Shown here: positions 1 to 8,606 of the stretch, piece after piece | How the letters are laid out: each line of letters starts with the position of its first letter | Position numbering within the stretch: the stretch's first letter is position 1 | DNA from: Xenococcaceae cyanobacterium MO_167.B27 | Lineage (GTDB): Bacteria; Cyanobacteriota; Cyanobacteriia; Cyanobacteriales; Xenococcaceae | Length of the DNA stretch: 64,000 nt | Assembly (NCBI GenBank): GCA_030065935.1 | Contig: JASJCP010000029.1 | Location: 1,798-65,797, forward strand | Direction: 5' to 3' | The notes under the pieces: model-generated | What the model was told of the DNA's origin: nothing | Seen by the model: only the letters and a program-made list of their open reading frames with translations | Databases searched by the model: none | Position numbers and translations under genes: made by a program

Positions 1-313
1 TCAAAACTGGACTGATTCTTTAGCATTTTTCCAAGATTTAGTTCACCAATTACTCTCTTTTTCGACGGGCAAAAACGATTATTATCGTCAAGGTTTAAGA
101 GCTGCTTCCCTTATACAGTCTGCTTTTTGACCTTTTCTGTAGCCCCCCCCCGGCAGAGATTAAAGGAATTTGAAACCGTCAGGGAATGTGTAGATGCTGC
201 CTTGAAAAATTGTCCTAATGTTTTTGAGTAAGGCTATAACTTACTATCATACCATAAAAAACTTTTGCAAGAGTTCTAGTCTATGTTGTGATTAAAAAGT
301 CAATATAATGATT

Positions 314-3300
314 TTATTCTAATCCAGAGCCGAAAGCCTGTCGAAAATGGCGATCTTTAATGATCAGTAACCCATCTGTCCAATCGTCAAAAGCTAACTG
401 TGCTGAGGTTTCTATTGCAGTAGCAATATCACGACCCGATAAACCAACTAGAGCTTGAGCATAAACATTTAGGTCAACATCCTTATCTAATACCCAATCG
501 GGATGAATTTTGACCTGTAATAATTGCAATATTTCTTTGGCTCCTGGTAAAGGTATGAGAATTTCTCTTTGTAAGCGAGAGCGCACCGCAGCATCGACAT
601 TTTGAGGATAATTGGTTGCACCTAAAACAAAAAGATAACCTTCCTGGGAATGAATACCATCCACTTCCTGAAGAAATTGATTGACCAAGTTTTGGTTTTC
701 CAAATCTGCACCAGTACTACCTAGATTTTCTCGATTGGGAAATAGGGATTCTATTTCATCGAAGAAGAGAATCCCTGGAGAATTTTGACGAGCTTGGTTA
801 AAGACATCCGCTAGATTGCGGGAACTTTGACCGACCCATTTACTGCGGATCTCTGCTGGGGAGTAGCTTTTGAAATATAATCCTGATACCGAAGCCATCA
901 CCCTGGCAATTTGGGTTTTACCTGTTCCTGGTTCTCCACACAGTAGTGCGCCTTGGGGAGGATTAATTCCTGGAGGCAAATGGGCATAGTTGGCAACTAA
1001 TTTTAGCAATCGCTGGAGTTCGGTTTTAATCTGAGTCGGTAAAATAACATCATCCCAAGTTAGTTCTCCCAATGGTGCTTTGGCTTGTAATACTGCCTGA
1101 AAATCTTCTGTGGTAATCACTAGAGATTCTTCAGCAGAAATGCGATCGCTGGCATACTGACCTACTTCACTGACTAATTGCCGTAGATCCCGACCAGATT
1201 TGCCTTGTAGTAGTCGGGCAATCTTTTCCCAGTCTAAATGAGGAGCAATATTCATTTCTCTAGTAAATAAGCGCAGCATTGCTATACGCTCTGGTACGGC
1301 AGGTAGGGAAAGTTCCACTACTTTGTTCAAGCGAGAGCGTACTGCCTTATCTACCCGTTCTACATAATTAGTTGTTCCCACAACAAATACCCCTTTAGTT
1401 CCACCACGAAAACCATCTAGTTCTTGTAATAGCTGATTAATTAGTTCAATTTCATGTTGGGGACTGTTGCTGTCTCGTTGAGGAAAGAGAGCTTCAATTT
1501 CATCAATGAATAGGATTGCGGGAGCGTCTCGTCTAGCTTTAGCAAAGGTTTGGGCTAGTTTTTGGGTAGCTTCTCCTACATATTGGGAACGTACTTCGGC
1601 AATGGTTAGATTAATAAAGTTACAGCCAGCAGCTTTTGCTAACACTCTGGCTACTTGGGTTTTGCCAGTGCCAGGAGGTCCATAGAGTAGTATTCCTGGA
1701 GCGGGAGTCACGCCAGGCAGAGGATTACGGAAAAAGTCTAGAAATCTTTTAAGAGTAGTTTGAAGGGTTTGTTGGATTTCGGCAGGGAGAATTAATTGCT
1801 GCCAGGCAGAAGAATCGATCGCCACAGGGGGAAGTAATATTTGATCAAAATCAGCGCGGGTAAGAATTACTTTTGTCTTCGACCAGCCGTTTCTCTGGAT
1901 ATAGGCTTGTCCCACGCGAGATAATAACCTTTGGATATCTCGTCCCGATTTCCCGTCTAGTAGCTTACTAATTGTTGTTAGATTCACATCAGTAGCTAGT
2001 TGCCAATCCTTTTTCTGCAAAGCTTGTTCTAACATGATGCGCCGTTCTTCTAATCCAGGTAAAGGGACTTCTAGAGTTGGCTGCAAGCGAGAAATTACTG
2101 CTGGATCAACTGCCTCCCCACGGTTGGTTGTTGCCAAAATAAAAATTCCTGCTGCTCCATCTATCTGTTGTAAAAATTCATTGACTAATTCTACTTCTGT
2201 GTTGCTGCTGCCAGGTTCTCGACGGGGGAAAAGAGAATCAATTTCATCAAATAAGAGAATACAAGGAGAGCGATCGCGTGCATCGTTAAAAATAGTTTGT
2301 AAGTTCCGTAAACTGCCACCTTGATAGGGACTTTGCACTTCACTAGGGTTGATTGCCCGAAAATACCAACCCGTTTTAGCAGCTAAATAGCGAGCAATTT
2401 GGGTTTTGCCCGTTCCTGGTAAGCCGATTAATAGCATTCCTTGAGGGAGATCGAGTCCTAAACTCAGAGCTTGGGGTAAATTCTGGAGCGTGGTCAGAGT
2501 TTGCTCTACTCTTTGCCTGATAGGAGGCGACAGAATAAGCTCAGGAACATTCTGATTATCTCCTGTGCCTAAAATAGCTTGTTGAAAATGCTCTAGGGTA
2601 ATCTCTCCTTCATCCTTTTCTTGGCAAGCTAGGTGATAGGCTTCCTCTACTTTAGCCTTAATCGCACGACCCGACTTACCTGCTAAGAGTAAAGCAACCG
2701 CCTGCCAATCTAGTTGAGGAGCAACTGGACGTTCTCCCACAAATAATTTCAGTAACTCGATTCGTTCTGGTAATTCTGGCAAAGGAATCGCGATCGCTTT
2801 TGCTAAACGAGAACGAACGGCAGCATCTACCTGTTCTGGTCTATTAGTAGCTCCTACAACCAAAATTCCCCTGGCACTGTGTTTAACTCCATCTACCTCC
2901 TGAAGAAATTGATTGACCAACTCGATTTCATGTTGAGCTGTATTTTCACCACGAGAAGGAAAAAGACCGTCAATTTCGTCAAAAAAGAGGATAGCAGGGG
3001 AATTACGGCGAGCCTGGGCAAAAATTCGGGCTAATTTGCGGTTACTCTCTCCCACAAACTTGTCTCGAACGTCTCCCGCATTGATTCCTTGGAACTGAAT
3101 CCCCCCTAATTTTGCCATCGCCCTAGCAATTTCCGTTTTTCCCGTCCCAGGAGAGCCAGACAATAATAAACCTGCGGGAGGGGTTAGCCTTGGATTGGCA
3201 AAAGCTTGGAGAAATTGGGCTAAAGTTCTAGTAAGTTGCTTTCTCAATCTCTCTGGTAGAATCACCCCTGTAAGTTCCCCAGTTATTTTAGGAACTAAAA

Positions 3301-5203
3301 CTGAGTCAAACTGTTCTCGATTCAAAATCAAGTCAGAATGTGGCAATTGCCCTACTACCCGTTCTGCGATCGCTTTAATTTCTCTGCCTGATTTACCAAT
3401 TAGCAGTTGAGCATAATAGTTTAAATCTACATCCGCAGCTAGTTCCAGATTTTTATGCGGATTTTTAAGGGTAAAGTATGCCAACATTTGCTCTCGTTGT
3501 GATTCATCAGGTAGAGGCAAAGTAATTTGCTCTTGAAGTCGGGATAATACTGCTGGCTCGACTTGCTCTATGCGATTGGTGGTCGCTACAATCATTACCC
3601 CTGTAGAGGGGGATAGGCGGTCTATTTCTTGCAGAAATTGGTTAATCACCTCTCCACTAGTAGGGTCTCCTATCTGTTCATCTTGCCTGGGCAAGATAGC
3701 ATCTATTTCGTCAAACAATAGCATTGCTGGTGCTTTAACCCTGGCTTCAGCAAAAATATTTTGTAAGTTTTGCAGACTTTGACCAACGAGAGAACTTTTA
3801 ATTTTGCCTGGAGTTACGGTAATTAACTCACAGTTGGCATCTTGAGCCAATAGCTTACTGAGGGTTGTTTTTCCTGTTCCTGAAGCCCCATTTATCATTA
3901 GAGTTACGGGACAATCTGAGTTAGGGTAAGTAGCAAGATCCCATTCTCGCCATTGCCATCCCCATTGCTGAAACTGCTGTAACAATGGGGATGGCAGAAA
4001 AATCTGTTGCCAAATTTCTTCTGTAGATAAGGGCAAAAAGGGCTGAAAATGCTGCCAATCTAAATAGGGATTGCCAGTTTCATAGCGATATTTTTCAGCA
4101 TCTTTGACAATTTGGGCAATTTGATGACCGTCAATGCGTCCCAATCTTTGGGCTAAAACTACTAAATTTAGTTCTGGAGTTAGAGGACTATTAGTTTGAT
4201 GGAGATATTTGTTTAAAATTGCCACTCGACCTTCGAGATCGGGTTTGGGAACAGGTAAAACAAAGCTAAATAATCCTCCAGACTGTCGGAATTCTGGCGG
4301 GAGAATTTCTAAATTTTTAACCGCAGCAAGAATAATAATCTTTTTGGCTTGTTGCCGATTCCACTGCCAATAATTATCTAAGTTATCTCCTAGTTTTTCC
4401 TCCAATTGGCGAGATTTTTCCGCCTCAGAAGCTAAGTCTGCCACTCCCAGACTACCCCAAAAACGATTCCACCAAGTTGTTTGACCAGTGTTAGTCTGAC
4501 TAAATTGTTCAGTTTGTTGCAGATAGTGATAAAAAGTATCAAAATTCTGGAGCAAAATTACTGTAGGTGCGTGTTTAATGCTTTCTTTCAGCGATCGCTT
4601 AATTAATTTGCCTGCTTGATAAAGATTGTGAGCCTTACCTACATCCCTACTTATAAAGTTAAAGCTGATACCCCGCTCCTGACTCAATTCATCTGCCAAA
4701 CAGCGAGCTAAGAAACGTTTGCCTCTCCCTTCTCCTGCCACTAGCAGAATTCCTTGGACAGAGTGATTAAGATCCGCATCCAGAATCAAGTCACTATAGC
4801 GTTTAAGTTGAGTTCGTACCTGAGAATGACCCCGAAAGTTATCTAAACTGAAGGGTGGACTAGGGGGCGGTTCGGGATAATATAATTCTTGGTCATTGCT
4901 AGCTAACAGAGACTGAGTCTCAGGTACTAAACGCAACATTACTCCTGGTTCTTGACCCAAACGAAACCATTGATAAGGATTGATTGGCTGTTCTTGAATA
5001 GGCTGGTCTTGGATATAGGTTCCATAGGTGCTACTACAATCCCGCAGATACCAACTTCCTTCCGTCCAAAAAAGTTCCGCATGACTCCGAGAAACGGTAG
5101 GAATATCAAAACGAATATCCTGATTAGGATGACGACCGAGTCCATATACTCGGTCTTGATGTAGTAGCCAAGTTTGTCCAGAATCTTGCTCTTCCAAGAA
5201 CAT
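314..5203 (-). CDS. Giant FHA-domain protein with six tandem AAA+ ATPase modules (one degenerate, five canonical; classic-clade-like)
   Basis: 1629-aa ORF. The N-terminus has FHA signatures (GLGR...SRSHAEL...RDCSSTYGT). Walker A motifs fall at hand-counted aa 156 (GEGRGKR, degenerate), 439 (GASGTGKT), 683 (GSPGTGKT), 927 (GLPGTGKT), 1175 (GPPGTGKT) and 1423 (GEPGTGKT). Each canonical module also has a Walker B (LLFDEID, LFFDEID, LFIDEIE, LFFDEIE), a sensor-1 TN, a VD.AV.SRL motif and a lid motif GKSGR[DAE]I. Module spacing is 244-248 aa. Confidence 0.9.
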   Translation of the reverse strand: MFLEEQDSGQTWLLHQDRVYGLGRHPNQDIRFDIPTVSRSHAELFWTEGSWYLRDCSSTYGTYIQDQPIQEQPINPYQWFRLGQEPGVMLRLVPETQSLLASNDQELYYPEPPPSPPFSLDNFRGHSQVRTQLKRYSDLILDADLNHSVQGILLVAGEGRGKRFLARCLADELSQERGISFNFISRDVGKAHNLYQAGKLIKRSLKESIKHAPTVILLQNFDTFYHYLQQTEQFSQTNTGQTTWWNRFWGSLGVADLASEAEKSRQLEEKLGDNLDNYWQWNRQQAKKIIILAAVKNLEILPPEFRQSGGLFSFVLPVPKPDLEGRVAILNKYLHQTNSPLTPELNLVVLAQRLGRIDGHQIAQIVKDAEKYRYETGNPYLDWQHFQPFLPLSTEEIWQQIFLPSPLLQQFQQWGWQWREWDLATYPNSDCPVTLMINGASGTGKTTLSKLLAQDANCELITVTPGKIKSSLVGQSLQNLQNIFAEARVKAPAMLLFDEIDAILPRQDEQIGDPTSGEVINQFLQEIDRLSPSTGVMIVATTNRIEQVEPAVLSRLQEQITLPLPDESQREQMLAYFTLKNPHKNLELAADVDLNYYAQLLIGKSGREIKAIAERVVGQLPHSDLILNREQFDSVLVPKITGELTGVILPERLRKQLTRTLAQFLQAFANPRLTPPAGLLLSGSPGTGKTEIARAMAKLGGIQFQGINAGDVRDKFVGESNRKLARIFAQARRNSPAILFFDEIDGLFPSRGENTAQHEIELVNQFLQEVDGVKHSARGILVVGATNRPEQVDAAVRSRLAKAIAIPLPELPERIELLKLFVGERPVAPQLDWQAVALLLAGKSGRAIKAKVEEAYHLACQEKDEGEITLEHFQQAILGTGDNQNVPELILSPPIRQRVEQTLTTLQNLPQALSLGLDLPQGMLLIGLPGTGKTQIARYLAAKTGWYFRAINPSEVQSPYQGGSLRNLQTIFNDARDRSPCILLFDEIDSLFPRREPGSSNTEVELVNEFLQQIDGAAGIFILATTNRGEAVDPAVISRLQPTLEVPLPGLEERRIMLEQALQKKDWQLATDVNLTTISKLLDGKSGRDIQRLLSRVGQAYIQRNGWSKTKVILTRADFDQILLPPVAIDSSAWQQLILPAEIQQTLQTTLKRFLDFFRNPLPGVTPAPGILLYGPPGTGKTQVARVLAKAAGCNFINLTIAEVRSQYVGEATQKLAQTFAKARRDAPAILFIDEIEALFPQRDSNSPQHEIELINQLLQELDGFRGGTKGVFVVGTTNYVERVDKAVRSRLNKVVELSLPAVPERIAMLRLFTREMNIAPHLDWEKIARLLQGKSGRDLRQLVSEVGQYASDRISAEESLVITTEDFQAVLQAKAPLGELTWDDVILPTQIKTELQRLLKLVANYAHLPPGINPPQGALLCGEPGTGKTQIARVMASVSGLYFKSYSPAEIRSKWVGQSSRNLADVFNQARQNSPGILFFDEIESLFPNRENLGSTGADLENQNLVNQFLQEVDGIHSQEGYLFVLGATNYPQNVDAAVRSRLQREILIPLPGAKEILQLLQVKIHPDWVLDKDVDLNVYAQALVGLSGRDIATAIETSAQLAFDDWTDGLLIIKDRHFRQAFGSGLE
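317..4756 (-). other. Array of six AAA+ modules within one ORF (internal tandem duplication at protein level)
   Basis: Walker A, Walker B and lid motifs recur about every 245 aa. The first module lacks the DE of Walker B (VILLQNFD). Confidence 0.8.
4919..5152 (-). other. FHA (phosphothreonine-binding) domain of the 1629-aa protein
   Basis: aa ~18-95: RVYGLGRHPNQDIRFDIPTVSRSHAELFWTEGSWYLRDCSSTYGTYI. This carries the conserved G-R, S-R-x-H and S-x-x-G-T positions of FHA domains. Confidence 0.8.
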
Positions 5204-5261
5204 ATTGATATCGATACTTTAACTGGTGTGGGAGAATTAAAATTTACTAAAAAAGCTGATA

Positions 5262-5370
5262 GTGAAGCATTGCGGTCTTGGGCGGGGCTTTCCCCCATGA
5301 GGAGGCACGGACTCGGAGCTTGCATCCGAGTAGTGAGTGCCGTCAAATGCTGAACCCGAAGGGTTGATAG
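5262..5370. other. GC-rich multi-hairpin island between the AAA+ gene and the upstream membrane-protein gene
   Basis: Hairpins at 5304-5341 (ggcac..actcgga..tccgagt..gtgcc) and 5353-5365 (aaccc gaa gggtt), plus ggggctttcccc. Two blocks, 5272-5281 (gcggtcttgg) and 5286-5297 (ggctttccccca), are reverse complements of 18519-18528 and 18461-18472 in the TnpB 3' region, collinear and in consistent relative orientation. Confidence 0.4.
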
Positions 5371-5394
5371 CTAATAGCTAGGAGCTTCGTTGCT

Positions 5395-6699
5395 TTAAGG
5401 TTCCTCGCGGTTGATAATAAAAGATGCCGTACGTCCCTCTGGAATAGGTTGATTATTAACATTGCCTACACCAGCAATATTGGCTTCTAGGGTAATACCT
5501 CCTCTCCCATCTTTGACACCGACGATTTCCACTAAATTTCTTCCTGGTTTTAGGTCGAGCATGATAATCCTGCCATAATTGCGGATCATTTGATTGCTTG
5601 CCACAACTCGACCATTAACTTTTAAGGTTACATAATCCCCATCTTCTGCCCAATAATCTATTAGTTCAATAGGAACTTGGGGAGCAAAAACAGTTACATT
5701 ACGGAATCCATAACTATTACTGGTAGATGAGCTATTGGACAAACTAACTTTAGGCGATATTGGTTTGGTTTGAACTTGAGGAATGGTGACGTTTAAATAG
5801 GGGTCATTAGCAGCTAAAGGGGGTTGGGTGGCAGAGGTAATTTGCTTGGGTGGTTGACTAGGGGGTTTACTAGCAGGAAGGGTGGCAATTTTTGGCTGTT
5901 GAGTTGGGACAGAAGCAATTTTCGGAGTCTGTTTAACAGTAGTTCGTTGAGTTGGCTGGGGCTTAAAATTAGTCTTGCTTGCTCTTGCTTGTATTGGTGG
6001 TGGTGGAGGTAGCTTGGGCAGAGGACGAGATGCTGCTGCTAAAGCTTGGGCAAATTTCTGTTGCTCTGCTTGTTGCTGTTGTTGTTGCCATTGAGTAATT
6101 TGTTTTTGTACTTCTGCACTAGTTGTAATTTGTTCTGTAATTAATTTTGCGATCGCCACTGCTCCCGCTAAATCCCCTTTACTAGCTTGGGTTTTTGCTT
6201 GTTCTAGAATTTGTTGTGACCAGCTTGTAGTTAAAGATTGAGCTTGGTCACTAATTTTACTATCAGTAGGTAACTTACTGGCTATAGCAATCGCTCTGGC
6301 TAGGTCTGGGGTTTTATTGCTTTGGGCAAGTAATTTGGCTTGCTCCAATAACATTGCCTCTTCTTGCTGACTATTGCCTAAAGAATTTATCTTAGGAGCC
6401 TCCAGAGTCAGACGGGTATTAACAGTAGGATTAGGTTCCTCAGAAGTCAGTTTTTTTCCTGGTTGTAGTTGGGGAACAACTATAGTTGCGATCGCTGTTA
6501 ATAAACCCAATCCTACTATTCCTGAAATCCACCAATTTGGAGATTTCTGAGCAACAGTATCTAGGTTTTCGGCATCAATTTGGAAATTTTGCTTTTTTTG
6601 AGAATATTTAGGTTTATTTAGGGTTTTTGAGGGCAAATTAACCAATTTTTGCTCTCTTTTCTCTCTTTTACCTACGGTTTCAAACTCGTCTTTTGCCAC
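5395..6699 (-). CDS. Single-pass membrane protein with Q-rich and proline-rich linker and a C-terminal beta-rich domain; function unknown
   Basis: 434-aa ORF. It has a basic N-terminus, a TM segment (WWISGIVGLGLLTAIATIVVP), a QQQQQQ tract and a PKLPPPPPIQ proline-rich tract. Its start lies 20 nt downstream of the kinase gene's stop, on the same strand. Confidence 0.7.
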   Translation of the reverse strand: MAKDEFETVGKREKREQKLVNLPSKTLNKPKYSQKKQNFQIDAENLDTVAQKSPNWWISGIVGLGLLTAIATIVVPQLQPGKKLTSEEPNPTVNTRLTLEAPKINSLGNSQQEEAMLLEQAKLLAQSNKTPDLARAIAIASKLPTDSKISDQAQSLTTSWSQQILEQAKTQASKGDLAGAVAIAKLITEQITTSAEVQKQITQWQQQQQQAEQQKFAQALAAASRPLPKLPPPPPIQARASKTNFKPQPTQRTTVKQTPKIASVPTQQPKIATLPASKPPSQPPKQITSATQPPLAANDPYLNVTIPQVQTKPISPKVSLSNSSSTSNSYGFRNVTVFAPQVPIELIDYWAEDGDYVTLKVNGRVVASNQMIRNYGRIIMLDLKPGRNLVEIVGVKDGRGGITLEANIAGVGNVNNQPIPEGRTASFIINREEP

Positions 6700-6718
6700 C
6701 AGACCTTTCCTCCATTAA

Positions 6719-8074
6719 CTACTGAGATGTTGCAGGTTGAGATGTTAGCGCGCAAGCAACTTCCAAAGCTGCTGCATTCCCCAGATAATAAAAGGGGAAT
6801 TCTGAATCTAGAGATACTTCTTTTTCATAAGGGATACTTTCGGGAACTAACAAACGCAATTGATATCTATCTGGCGGAAAATTATTACCATCAGCCATAG
6901 ATTTAATCCAGATAAAACCTCGAATTGCATCACTTTCTTTGGCTAATAACTTTCCATTTCGCCAGACTTCTAACTTAGAGTCTCCAGCCAATGCTGTTTC
7001 TGGGTAATAGAATCTGGCTGCAAAACCGTGATCTGGTACTGGTAACTCTAGCTGACTTTTCACATAATTGGGACATTGAGGAACTTCAGCTGGTTTTTCC
7101 TGAAACAATTTTCTGACTTTAGGTAAGAGGAAAAAATAACCACCAGCCATAGCTGCCACTAGTAAAGTCATCACAGTTCCCACCATAAGGAATCTATTGC
7201 TGTTGCTACTTTCTTTGAGGAGATTGTTAGTTGGGGAACTACTGAGATTGATCGTTTCAACCTGAAATTTAAGAGCATCCCAGGCATCTATTAGCTTACA
7301 ATCCTCTGTTTTTAACATTTCTTTTAATAGTTCTTTTGTCCTATCAGAAAAGCCCAAACTATCTATTGACCAGGACTGATGCCAAGGAGGATTAGTTCCT
7401 AATCTAAAGGCAATAATAGTTTTTGCCAAAGCGTAAAGGTCCCATTGGGGACTAGCTGGAACTAGACCATCTCTTTGATCTGGATGAGCGTAACCAGGGG
7501 TATAAATTTGGGTATAACCGACTTTTTGCTGATGTTCTCCCAAAACAGTTGCCACTTCATCAACTAAACTCAGGTCACAAGCTGAACCGAAATCCACAAT
7601 TACTGTTGATTGATCGCTATTGCGACGCATTAGATTACTGGGCTTAATATCCCGATGTACGATCTTGGCTTTATGGAGTTCTGCTAAACCATTCAGAACT
7701 TCTATAAAAACTTGCTCAATTTCAGTAACAGTTAAAACTGAGCGATCGCCTTCTAAATAGTCAGCATAATTAATCCCATCAATCAATTCCTGAGCTAAAT
7801 ATAATCCTCCATCTTGTTCAAACAAGCAATAGGCTTTAGGGATACTGTTATGATTCAGCTTTTCTAGTATTTCCGCAGTCCTTTGGAAAGTGCGCCGACG
7901 CAAATTCTTTTCTTGAGTATCTCCTTGGATAATTAATTCTAATAAAGCTCTTTTAGGCTGACGGAGATCGAAAGTATCAGTAGCTGCATAAACTCTAGCA
8001 AAAGTACCTTGACCAATTAGATCTTGAATTTGGTACTTGGATAATTGGGTGAGTGGAGATAGGGGTTGATTCAT
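6719..8074 (-). CDS. Membrane-anchored Hanks-type Ser/Thr protein kinase with an extracytoplasmic C-terminal domain
   Basis: 451-aa ORF with GQGTFARVY (G-loop), HRDIKPSN (catalytic loop) and DFGSA. A TM segment (FLMVGTVMTLLVAAMAGGYFFLL) is followed by a ~120-aa C-terminal domain. Confidence 0.9.
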   Translation of the reverse strand: MNQPLSPLTQLSKYQIQDLIGQGTFARVYAATDTFDLRQPKRALLELIIQGDTQEKNLRRRTFQRTAEILEKLNHNSIPKAYCLFEQDGGLYLAQELIDGINYADYLEGDRSVLTVTEIEQVFIEVLNGLAELHKAKIVHRDIKPSNLMRRNSDQSTVIVDFGSACDLSLVDEVATVLGEHQQKVGYTQIYTPGYAHPDQRDGLVPASPQWDLYALAKTIIAFRLGTNPPWHQSWSIDSLGFSDRTKELLKEMLKTEDCKLIDAWDALKFQVETINLSSSPTNNLLKESSNSNRFLMVGTVMTLLVAAMAGGYFFLLPKVRKLFQEKPAEVPQCPNYVKSQLELPVPDHGFAARFYYPETALAGDSKLEVWRNGKLLAKESDAIRGFIWIKSMADGNNFPPDRYQLRLLVPESIPYEKEVSLDSEFPFYYLGNAAALEVACALTSQPATSQ

Positions 8075-8606
8075 CGACTTTGTCTTCTATTTCCCACCCT
8101 TAGCTACGGAAAGTTACCGTTTTCCAAGGGAGAATTGAGCTACTTATTAATATTTATTACTTAAATGCCCATTCAGTCTGGCACAGAATGGTTATAGGAT
8201 AATAAGTCCTCATCTTCGGCAGAATTATTCAGAGAGGAAGAGTTTAAACTTTCTTAGTTAATATGTCTCAGTAATTTTACTAGTTTTTAAATTTAACTAT
8301 AGTACAATTACTTATAACCTTGAATTGTATGATTTTTGTAAGCATTATACCTTCCTTGATTTGAGCCGTCAAAAAAAACCAGCATCAGGAAGCTTCAAAA
8401 GCTCTTTGAATTCAATGCTTTCTCCTATTGTTAACCTAGTTACATTTACCTAACTTAATATACTTCATTCCTGGTTTGATATTATGAACAGTATTTATCA
8501 AAAATAAGTCTTTAGTATTTGTCACAAATATAACAATTAGTAATCATCTCAGAAAATTGTTTTTTCAATTAATTCGATTAAGGGTTACATATTTTACCAA
8601 TAAGCC

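Noticed and set aside
1-231. Stop-free frame at 16-231 ending in TAA, and a run of nine C at 143-151
   Set aside because: The frame has no ATG and no recognisable protein motifs. The poly-C tract could be slippage-prone, but there is no gene context to support phase variation. It may be the decayed tail of a gene outside the window.
1142-1149. Frequent GCGATCGC octamers throughout the window, considered as a possible repeat system
   Set aside because: This is the well-known cyanobacterial HIP1 palindrome. It is dispersed singly inside and outside genes, with no array structure. It is useful only as a taxonomic marker.
2034-3782. Plus-strand ORFs 2034-2324, 3195-3410 and 3570-3782, and also 4952-5164, inside the big AAA+ gene
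   Set aside because: They lie entirely antisense to a strongly supported 1629-aa CDS. They have low-complexity, motif-free translations and are most likely shadow ORFs.
4939-5346. 135-aa minus-strand ORF overlapping the 5' end of the AAA+ gene
   Set aside because: It is out of frame with the FHA-coding region and runs through the GC-rich hairpin island. It has no recognisable motifs.
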